Source: a virus (lineage: Duplodnaviria > Caudoviricetes). From it: a stretch of 64,000 nt of DNA. The DNA is taken from IMG/VR virus record IMGVR_UViG_3300031994_000013, positions 103,251-167,250 of that record. One strand, written 5' to 3'. The notes beneath the pieces are model-generated. The model searched no databases. It saw only the letters and a list, made by a program, of their open reading frames with translations, and was not told the DNA's origin. The translations under genes were made by a program, and so were the position numbers. Shown in pieces: positions 40,432-48,307 of this stretch. The stretch's first letter is position 1, and each line of letters opens with the position of its first letter.

Positions 40432-40503
40432 ACCCTTCTAGGCTAACGGAAAGACCATACGGCTACGAACCGTAAAATGAAAGTTCGATTCTTTCGGAGG
40501 GTG
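40432..40503 (+). tRNA. tRNA-Arg(ACG)
   Basis: TACGG CTACGAA CCGTA; imperfect D stem. Confidence 0.8.
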
Positions 40504-40511
40504 TCAATTAT

Positions 40512-40621
40512 GCGGTGGTATCCAAGCAGACAAAGGGGCCAACCGGTAAGTTTGGTGCCTACGCCGGTATGCTAGCTAGAACCGTGGGCTTCGCAGGTGC
40601 AAATCCTGACCCGCCGCACCA
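40512..40621 (+). tRNA. aberrant Tyr-like tRNA with enlarged variable arm
   Basis: GCGGTGG/CCGCCGC-ACCA; loop CGGTAAG. Confidence 0.5.
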
Positions 40622-40629
40622 TTTATTAT

Positions 40630-40713
40630 GCGTCAGTGTGACTAGTAGCGAGGTCAGGTGACTGTAAATCACCCACATTAGAAACATCGGTGGTGCAATT
40701 CCATCCTGGCGCA
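40630..40713 (+). tRNA. tRNA-Tyr(GTA)
   Basis: GGTGA CTGTAAA TCACC. Confidence 0.85.
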
Positions 40714-40720
40714 TTAGCCG

Positions 40721-40792
40721 AGACCAGTCAGCAATAATTGTATTTTTTGCTAGAAATGCAGCGGGTCGGCTCCGCCTAAGATGAACTGGTCT
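40721..40792 (+). ncRNA. CAGCAA/Y-like RNA 5
   Basis: AGACCAGT/ACTGGTCT + CAGCAA. Confidence 0.7.
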
Positions 40793-40798
40793 AGTTTT

Positions 40799-40946
40799 GT
40801 GCCCGTAGCTCAGTTGGTAGAGCACTTGACTTTGGGGTAGTAATGTAAAGAGCATACTATTAGAGACGTCTAATAGAGGACAAGGTGCAATACCTTGATA
40901 CTCCACCATAATCAAGGGGTCGCGAGTTCGAGCCTCGCCGGGCACA
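40799..40946 (+). tRNA. tRNA-Lys(TTT) interrupted by tRNA-like insert 40834-40908
   Basis: CTTGA CTTT|TAA TCAAG after removal. Confidence 0.9.
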
Positions 40947-40950
40947 TTAT

Positions 40951-41022
40951 AGGAGCTTAGGACAATGGCTAGTCTTTCTGTCTCCAAAACAGACGATGGG
41001 CGTTCAAATCGCTCAGCTCCTG
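40951..41022 (+). tRNA. tRNA-Trp(CCA)
   Basis: cloverleaf, loop CTCCAAA. Confidence 0.9.
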
Positions 41023-41038
41023 TCACTTATGAAAAAAT

Positions 41039-41114
41039 GCGTCTGAACCCTGACGGTCGGGGGAGGGCCTGCAAAACCCTTTTTTATTAGTTGGTTCAAC
41101 TCCAACCAGGCGCT
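41039..41114 (+). tRNA. tRNA-Cys(GCA)
   Basis: loop CTGCAAA, U73. Confidence 0.85.
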
Positions 41115-41842
41115 TAAAGGAGAGATAATATTATGAATGAACTTAAAAGATTAGTTAACCAAAAGACTGACCGCCCCGTAACACCTACGACTACAACAAC
41201 CGTGCCAGTCTCACAGTCTGTAACAGCCACTTCCCTTCAATATGGTTGGATTTGTCCTAAATGTGGCTCTGTGATGGCACCAAATCAAACAAGTTGTATT
41301 TTCTGCATTCCAACTTTTAATGTTACGACTGCGACGCCAAATATGTCACCTGTAGTAATTTGTACTAGTAAAGGTTATAGTCGGGACTGAAATATTTGAC
41401 TTTTATTCAAATTTGTGCTATAATATATACATAAAGAATGAAAGAAAGGATTGATAACAGTATGCGTAAGTTGGTTTTTTCTTCTTCTTGGAGTAGGGTT
41501 AAGCAAGCGAAGATGCTAGATGACCCTCAGTAACTGGCGCTTTATCATCAGTAGGTGATACGAAATTACGGTAAGTCGTTATACGGCGCCACCGTTTTTT
41601 TAAAAAAAGAAAGGTAGAATAAGTTATGTTTAGTTATGTAGTTACTTTTTTCGACAATGAAATTAGAGCAACCACGACCGAAAAGGGCATTGTGGCGGCG
41701 GAAACCTATGGCAAAGCCGCGGATAGGCTTGTGAGCTTTTATGGAAAATCTTTTCTAATGACTATGGCTCTTACTGAACTTAATGACATTCTAACCGAAG
41801 AAGAAATTACAGAAGAGTTTGAAACTCAGGGAGAAGATTAAA

Positions 41843-42088
41843 ATGTATCATCGTACTCATATTCGTTTAATTACACAAACCGATGCAGCAAATTTCGTAG
41901 CGAGTCTTAATCGTGATGGCACGACTGACCACTATGTGCTTGAAACAGTAGATGGTAAGGTCCGTGTTAGTGCCCGTTCATTACTTGGCGTGCTTTATTT
42001 TGTTTCAGAGCATAATAAGGAAACTTATTTAGTTAATGAAACTAATGATGGAGTGATTCCAAGCGGTATCGACCAGTATCGTATTTAA
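41843..42088 (+). CDS. HPr-like protein
   Basis: AANFV...VSARSLLGVL (Ser46-like motif). Confidence 0.6.
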   Translation: MYHRTHIRLITQTDAANFVASLNRDGTTDHYVLETVDGKVRVSARSLLGVLYFVSEHNKETYLVNETNDGVIPSGIDQYRI

Positions 42089-42101
42089 TGCGATACTTTG
42101 A

Positions 42102-42232
42102 TGGCGTGTAGCCAAGTGGTTAAGGCACAGGACTTTCAGGCAATAGCATAAGTAATGCCATAGAATAATAGTTCAAATCTATTTTGCCTGTGACTCCTGT
42201 ATTCGTAGGTTCGACCCCTACCACGCCAGCCA
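42102..42232 (+). tRNA. tRNA-Gln(TTG) interrupted by tRNA-like insert 42137-42191
   Basis: CAGGA CTTT|GAC TCCTG after removal; encoded CCA. Confidence 0.92.
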
Positions 42233-42237
42233 TTTAT

Positions 42238-42299
42238 TAGGCTTTGTCAGCAACTATTACAAAAATTTGACTTGAAATCAAAGGAACAAAGAAAGCCTA
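42238..42299 (+). ncRNA. CAGCAA/Y-like RNA 6
   Basis: TAGGCTTT/AAAGCCTA; internal TTTGA CTTGAAA TCAAA. Confidence 0.75.
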
Positions 42300-42309
42300 G
42301 AAATTTTTA

Positions 42310-42409
42310 TAGACCAGCACAGCCATTTATTTTAACAATGGATAAATTATTTTTTTCTCAATAAAAAAAATATAGAAGGTTCAAATCCTTCAAAATTAAA
42401 ACTGGTCTA
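42310..42409 (+). ncRNA. CAGCCA/Y-like RNA 7
   Basis: TAGACCAG/CTGGTCTA; CTCAATA loop + T-arm GAAGGTTCAAATCCTTC. Confidence 0.7.
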
Positions 42410-42764
42410 GTTTTTATTACAAGAAAGGACGCAAAATAATGGAAGTAATGTATCATCGTAAGAACGGTAAGCGCTATGAAGTTTATGATTATATAACAGA
42501 TAAGCATACCATTGCTATTTGTTACGATACGGCACAGGCGGGGCAGTGCGGCCAGGGTTGGTGTAGAATTCCTTTGAAAGAATTGGTTCCAGAATGTCAT
42601 GCAAATAAGACTACAGGGCAATTTGAGTCTAACACTATTAAAAATGCCATTAAACGAAATTTACAACCAGTAGCTTGGCGTTGTACTGATGGTACAGTAT
42701 TTGACCATTCTAAGATTGATGAAGCAATTGAATATCAAAGAACACTTATGACGACGGAGCAAGA

Positions 42765-43205
42765 ATGAGACAGTTAATAATCGCGCGAAAAGATTTACAG
42801 ATGAGCCCTGGTAAATTGGCGGCACAAGTAGCACATGCAAGTTGGGCATTTTTATCGCAGCAAATTCGCAGCTGTACTATTAACGAACAAGATACTCAAA
42901 ATACGTGGATTAAATTATGTATTAATACTGATACGTATAATGAATGGTTTTGTGGTATCTTTACAAAAACTGTTTGCGAAGCTAAAAATTATAATCAACT
43001 GATGAAAGCAGTTGACTATGCACGCGAATTGGGGTTAGAAGAGGGAGTAGATTTTTTCCTCATTAAAGATGCTTGTCTCACGGAGCTTACTCCCGAAGAA
43101 ACTGATGAAAATGGTGTTGGACGCACATTAACTTGTATTGGTTTTCGTCCATTACCTGACGAAATCGCCCATGCGATTTCAAAGCATTATCAACTTTATA
43201 AGTAA
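42765..43205 (+). CDS. pth2: peptidyl-tRNA hydrolase Pth2 family
   Basis: RKDLQMSPGKLAAQVAHA, IKDACLTE, TCIGFRP. Confidence 0.9.
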   Translation: MRQLIIARKDLQMSPGKLAAQVAHASWAFLSQQIRSCTINEQDTQNTWIKLCINTDTYNEWFCGIFTKTVCEAKNYNQLMKAVDYARELGLEEGVDFFLIKDACLTELTPEETDENGVGRTLTCIGFRPLPDEIAHAISKHYQLYK

Positions 43206-43208
43206 ATA

Positions 43209-43338
43209 ATTGTGGTGGCGGAATAGGTAGACGCTAGACGGTTTGAACCCGTGCATCAAGGAAGACTTGGCTTGGCTATGAGGTCATAGATTTTACTCAG
43301 AAGGAAATCATGTAAGGTGCAAATCCTTACCCACAATT
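43209..43338 (+). ncRNA. tRNA-like RNA (Leu-type D/T arms, no normal anticodon arm)
   Basis: ATTGTGG/CCACAAT, GGCGGAATAGGTAGACGC, GTAAGGTGCAAATCCTTAC. Confidence 0.7.
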
Positions 43339-43427
43339 TAGAATGTAACGGCTGATTACATATACATTTTCGCAATCTATATAGATACAATCAAGTTACC
43401 CCATGCGATGCAAGGTAACATCAGCCA

Positions 43428-43513
43428 TCGGCCTACACAGCAATTAATTTCAAGAAAATTCTATCTGTTGAAGAAAGCATATTCTAGCGGGTTGAAAACC
43501 CGTAATAGGCCGA
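43428..43513 (+). ncRNA. CAGCAA/Y-like RNA 8
   Basis: TCGGCCTA/TAGGCCGA; GCGGG TTGAAAA CCCGT. Confidence 0.75.
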
Positions 43514-43518
43514 GTTAT

Positions 43519-43708
43519 GCTCTTGTAGCTCAATGGTAGAGCAGCGCACTTGTCGAGTTAGTTTAAAGTAAAACACCCGAATCACAGGGAAAAGACCGTA
43601 TGATAAACTAATTGATTGACGAATCAATTAGGCGAAGATATGTGAGTTCGTAACTCACACTCGGCTCCAGTAATGCGCAGGTTGTAGGTTCAAGTCCTAT
43701 CGGGAGCT
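43519..43708 (+). tRNA. tRNA-Thr(TGT) interrupted by tRNA-like insert 43552-43669
   Basis: GCGCA CTT|GTAA TGCGC after removal. Confidence 0.9.
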
Positions 43709-44526
43709 TTTAACTGTCATCTTAGGAAGTGTTATTTATGAGGACGACGGCAGAAAAACGACATAATGATTATACGAAAGCAATCCGTAAGCGTAGGATT
43801 GACCGCGAGACACAGCCCAGTGGATATGACTGGTACAATAATCTTCATCAATATAGTAAAAATAAGATTCATTGTTCTTGTCCAATGTGTTCTGTGAAAA
43901 CTAATAATCGCGGCAATAATGGTTGGAAACCCAATACCTTATGGCGTATCACCGATCAAAAGAAGTTGGATGCTTTACAATATAACGAGGAAGATGAATA
44001 ATCTTCCTCGTTTTTTATTTGACTATTTCTTAAAATTATGATATAATTTATATACAATATTGGATAGGCGAAATATTAATCAAGAAAAGAGGGAGCCATA
44101 ATGGAAAAGAAAGAATTAGTTGCAGGTAAGCGCTATCAATGGCCAGATGTAACTCCTGGCGGCCGCATGATTAATGGTCTTTTTACTGGAAAATACGAAA
44201 AGAACGGTAACGCTTTATTACAGTGTCGTAATGGCGACATCTGGTCTGTTTCACCACAAAATTGTGAGCCAATGCCAAGAAAGGAAAAATGATATGAAGA
44301 ATTTTATTAAATTAACTAATACTGATGGGACTGCACTTTATATTAATTATAAAATTATTGAAAGTTTATCTCAACATAAAGATAAAGATTATACTTATAC
44401 TATCCTAGCCACAATTGGGTCAGAAGATGGTTTTTATAGAGTAAAAGAATCACCAGAAGCAATTCTAGCATTAATTGATGTTTTGACAAATTAAAAAAAA
44501 TATAGTATAATGAAAGGAATGATAGT

Positions 44527-45012
44527 ATGCGAAAGCCTATTCTTTATATACTCTGCGGTTGTCCAGGATGCGGAAAAACATATTGGGCAAATAAATTTAT
44601 GTATAATCTTATTAATACAAAGTATGTTTCGCGCGATGAAATTCGCCTTTCTTTACTTAATAATGATGAAGAATATTTTTCACACGAAGAAGAAGTGTTT
44701 ACTAAATTTGTAGCTATGATAAGAGCTAATTTAGTGGATGGATATGATTGTATTGCAGACGCCACTCATTTAAATGTAAAATCTCGCAAAAAGCTTATCC
44801 ATGCTCTTGATTTTTATGGTAAATTAGATTGTCAAATTATTTTTGTATATTTCAACGCTCCTTTGGAAGTATGTCTTGGCCGCAACGAACAGCGTGAAGG
44901 TCGTGCTCGTGTTCCTGTAAATGTAATTCAATCTATGCGAGAACGCTTTCAAAAGCCAGCTATGACAGAGGATGAAAGATGTATTGGACTTATGCTAATG
45001 AAAGGATATTAA
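44527..45012 (+). CDS. polynucleotide kinase-like P-loop protein (AAA_33)
   Basis: GCPGCGKT, SRDEIR, DATH, RNEQR. Confidence 0.85.
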   Translation: MRKPILYILCGCPGCGKTYWANKFMYNLINTKYVSRDEIRLSLLNNDEEYFSHEEEVFTKFVAMIRANLVDGYDCIADATHLNVKSRKKLIHALDFYGKLDCQIIFVYFNAPLEVCLGRNEQREGRARVPVNVIQSMRERFQKPAMTEDERCIGLMLMKGY

Positions 45013-45080
45013 ATCTAAAATTTTGGAATAAATTGCCATAATTTTTGGATAATATAAATACATATAATATGGTGAGATAA

Positions 45081-45281
45081 ATGACTATAAAAGAAAAACT
45101 TCAATTTTTTGCTAATAATGGTATGTCTGTTAGTTATATTGCAAAACGAATGGGCGTAAATGTATCTACATTAACAAAGTGGCTTAATGGGCAAAAAGGT
45201 ATTACGCACAAAAATGAAGAAAAACTTATATGTATTTTACAAGAAATTATTCAAGAAATGAAAACCGTTTTAGACGGATAG
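45081..45281 (+). CDS. XRE-like HTH protein
   Basis: IAKRMGVNVSTLTKWLNG. Confidence 0.75.
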   Translation: MTIKEKLQFFANNGMSVSYIAKRMGVNVSTLTKWLNGQKGITHKNEEKLICILQEIIQEMKTVLDG

Positions 45282-45290
45282 GAGGCAATT

Positions 45291-45956
45291 ATGGGAAAGA
45301 TTTATAAAGTTACAAATAAAATTAATGGTAATATTTATATTGGCCAAACACGACAACCAATTAATACTCGTTGGTTAAAGCACTGTTATTCAGCAGAAAC
45401 CTCTAATGATAAAGATTATTTTTGTCCTCTACATAATGCTATTCGTAAATATGGACGAGATAGTTTTCTAATAGAAGAAATTGAAGACTGTGATAATGAT
45501 TTATTAAATGAACGTGAACGTTATTGGATTCAATTTTATGATAGTTATAATAATGGTTATAATGCCGCTTTGGGTGGAGAAGGGCATACTAAATATGACT
45601 ATGATAAAATTATAGATTATTTTTTAAAACATGGCAATAATCTTTTAGCTACTTGTCAAGAATTTAATATTTATGACCAAGTGGTGTATACAGCTTTACA
45701 ATCTAAAAATATTGATTATAAAGCATTAAAAAATATAAATCCAAAATGTAAATATGATAAATGGATTCTATTAGTAGAACACAATCTTATTTTCAAACAC
45801 ATAACGGACATTGACCTTTATTTACATAAAAATAATGCACATGGAAATATACGACGATGCCTAAATGGAATTACAGAAAAAGCTTATGGCTATCATTGGA
45901 AGGAGATAGAAAAAGATGGAAATCTTTTTAACCTCGGATACTCATTTTTCACATAA
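45291..45956 (+). CDS. GIY-YIG homing endonuclease
   Basis: KIYKVTN..YIGQT, RW..H, E..WI, GYN; NUMOD1-like AYGYHW tail. Confidence 0.9.
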   Translation: MGKIYKVTNKINGNIYIGQTRQPINTRWLKHCYSAETSNDKDYFCPLHNAIRKYGRDSFLIEEIEDCDNDLLNERERYWIQFYDSYNNGYNAALGGEGHTKYDYDKIIDYFLKHGNNLLATCQEFNIYDQVVYTALQSKNIDYKALKNINPKCKYDKWILLVEHNLIFKHITDIDLYLHKNNAHGNIRRCLNGITEKAYGYHWKEIEKDGNLFNLGYSFFT

Positions 45957-46509
45957 TCAACAATTTATATATGAGTCCCGTGGTTTTACAAATGTTCAAG
46001 ACATGAATGAGACAATAATGGAAAATTGGAATAAAATTGTACCATATGACGCACTTATTTATCATCTTGGAGATATGGCATTAAATAATTTAGATGATGC
46101 AATTAAATATATTAAAAATTTAAATGGTAAAATTATTTGGCTTCGGGGTAATCATTGTACTGATAATAAAATTACTAAAATTCTTGAAAACTGTCCAAAT
46201 GTAACAATGCCAAATGAAATGTATGCCACTGTACTGAAATATAGGAAACTAACTTGTTATCTTTCACACTATCCTACCTTGACAGCCAATTACGATGATA
46301 AACATTTCAGCCAGCATGTAGTGAATTTTCACGGTCATACTCATCAGCAAACTAACTGGCTTAATCCAACGAATCCATTTATGTATCACGTGGGAATGGA
46401 TTCTCATAATTGCACACCAATCCATATTGAAGAGGCAATAAGTGACATTCGCAACAGATGGAATGAAATCGGTCAGCTTCCAGTTTCTATGCAGCCAGAA
46501 GATATATGA
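45916..46509 (+). CDS. calcineurin-like metallophosphoesterase
   Basis: SDTH, HLGD, GNH, SHYP, HGHTH. Confidence 0.9.
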   Translation: MEIFLTSDTHFSHNQQFIYESRGFTNVQDMNETIMENWNKIVPYDALIYHLGDMALNNLDDAIKYIKNLNGKIIWLRGNHCTDNKITKILENCPNVTMPNEMYATVLKYRKLTCYLSHYPTLTANYDDKHFSQHVVNFHGHTHQQTNWLNPTNPFMYHVGMDSHNCTPIHIEEAISDIRNRWNEIGQLPVSMQPEDI

Positions 46510-46521
46510 GGTAAAATTAAA

Positions 46522-48228
46522 ATGAAATATGCATGTTATGCAGGTACGCGTAACATATATCAAGATATGTTGCCTTCTGCAAAATCTCTTTTAATACATT
46601 CGGATGTAGATAAAATATATTTTTTAATCGAGGATGATGAATTTCCTTATGATTTGCCGCCCGAAATTGAATGTATAAATGTAAGTAATCAAGAATGGTT
46701 TGATAAAGATGGACCAAATTACAATAATTCATGGTCTTATATGATATTGTTAAAGGCCGCATTAACAAAAATTTTCCCGCAACTTGATAAAATTTTAATG
46801 CTTGATGTAGATACTATAGTAAATGAAAATATATCAAATTTATGGGATTTAGACTTAACTAATTATTATTTCGCGGCAACTCGTGAATCACATAAATCTA
46901 CTAAAAAATTCTTATATACAAATATAGGCATAGCATTATTTAATTTAAAAAAATTGCGTGAGGATTGTAAGGATGATGAATTAATTCATTCGCTCAATAT
47001 GTATCATTACGCTTTTCCAGAACAAGATTGCTTTAACAATTTATGTCAAGGTTATATCTATCAGCTCCCTTCAGATTATAATATTAGTAATTATAGCCTT
47101 GATGCAAAGCATCGCAAAATTATACATTATGCAGCACTTAAAAATTGGCAGCATGAGCCATTAGTTGAAAAGTATAAAGATATAAAAATTAAACGTAATA
47201 TACCTGATAAATATGGATTAGATATTATTATTCCTACATATAAAAATATAAAAGATTTAGAAGTAACAATTAAATCTGTATATGATGAAGAAATTTTTGC
47301 ATTAGGAAAAATGTATAATTTTCCCGTTACTATTACTGTAGTCGATGATTGTTCTGATATTGACTATTCAGAAATTAATACAAAATATCCAAAAGTTAAT
47401 TTCATTATGAAATCACGTAATGAAGGGCCGGGAATGGCACGCCAAGATGGTATAAATGCTACAAATGGTTCTCATATTTTATTTATAGATACTGGAGATT
47501 ATATTTTATCTAAATATGCTATATTGCAAGTAATACTTACTATTCTTTCAGATACTACGCCTTATCTATATTTATGGCGTTGGTTGAATGCGGAATGGAA
47601 TAGCTATTCTGGTAATACATTACATTGTTTGCATGGAGCAGTTTATGAAAGAGAATTTCTGGAATTATATAATATTCATTTTTGCCCTGAATCTTCTTAT
47701 GCTAACGAAGATGTCGGATTTAATCGTGCATGTATGCTTGTAATTAAACAATTAAATTTATATGATAATACAATTAAATTACATTTTTATGGTACGCCTA
47801 TATATATGTATACATATGATAAAAATTCTATTACTCATATTAATAATAAGGAATATATGTATACAAAACAATTAAAAGGATTATTGTTAAATGAGCGGCA
47901 TGTAATTAAAATTGCCAAGAAAAATAAAATTAATTCTTTCTTTATATGGGAGGATATTAGTTTTGTAATGGTACGCTTGTGGTATGATTTTTGGTATCTT
48001 ATGAAATATGCGCCAGAAACAGGACAAGAGCATTGGAATCTTTTACGCGAATTTTATCGTGATTTATATAAAGTATATCAGCATAATGATACTACAACGC
48101 AGCAACATGCTATTGGAATTTATACAAAACAATTGCAAAAAATTGGCGTAGCTCATATAAATTTTTCACGCTTTCTAACCGATCTTGAAAATGCAGAATA
48201 TATACCAGCTTTATACTTTGACTTTTAA
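46522..48228 (+). CDS. GT8 + GT2 glycosyltransferase fusion
   Basis: LDVD, PEQD, IIHYA then IIIPTY, VVDDCS, GPGMARQ, FIDTGD, NED. Confidence 0.85.
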   Translation: MKYACYAGTRNIYQDMLPSAKSLLIHSDVDKIYFLIEDDEFPYDLPPEIECINVSNQEWFDKDGPNYNNSWSYMILLKAALTKIFPQLDKILMLDVDTIVNENISNLWDLDLTNYYFAATRESHKSTKKFLYTNIGIALFNLKKLREDCKDDELIHSLNMYHYAFPEQDCFNNLCQGYIYQLPSDYNISNYSLDAKHRKIIHYAALKNWQHEPLVEKYKDIKIKRNIPDKYGLDIIIPTYKNIKDLEVTIKSVYDEEIFALGKMYNFPVTITVVDDCSDIDYSEINTKYPKVNFIMKSRNEGPGMARQDGINATNGSHILFIDTGDYILSKYAILQVILTILSDTTPYLYLWRWLNAEWNSYSGNTLHCLHGAVYEREFLELYNIHFCPESSYANEDVGFNRACMLVIKQLNLYDNTIKLHFYGTPIYMYTYDKNSITHINNKEYMYTKQLKGLLLNERHVIKIAKKNKINSFFIWEDISFVMVRLWYDFWYLMKYAPETGQEHWNLLREFYRDLYKVYQHNDTTTQQHAIGIYTKQLQKIGVAHINFSRFLTDLENAEYIPALYFDF

Positions 48229-48307
48229 TCAAAATTATGTTATAATAAATACATAAAGAAAAAACCTGCGGTCTTGACAAAAGACTAAGATGAAAAGGAG
48301 AAAAAAT

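Noticed and set aside
41462-41617. Stop-codon recoding suggested by in-frame TAA/TAG in a small ORF
   Set aside because: All long genes are intact under code 11 and no suppressor tRNA is present; more likely a short peptide or pseudogene.
35397-43513. CRISPR array
   Set aside because: Copies are dispersed, differ in sequence and lack regular spacers.
36211-43708. Inserts as group I/II or archaeal-type introns
   Set aside because: 44-118 nt with no catalytic core or bulge-helix-bulge seen, and not at 37/38.
36211-43708. Inserts as assembly chimeras
   Set aside because: Five different inserts all end exactly at tRNA-processing boundaries and restore 7-nt loops; read check still advisable.
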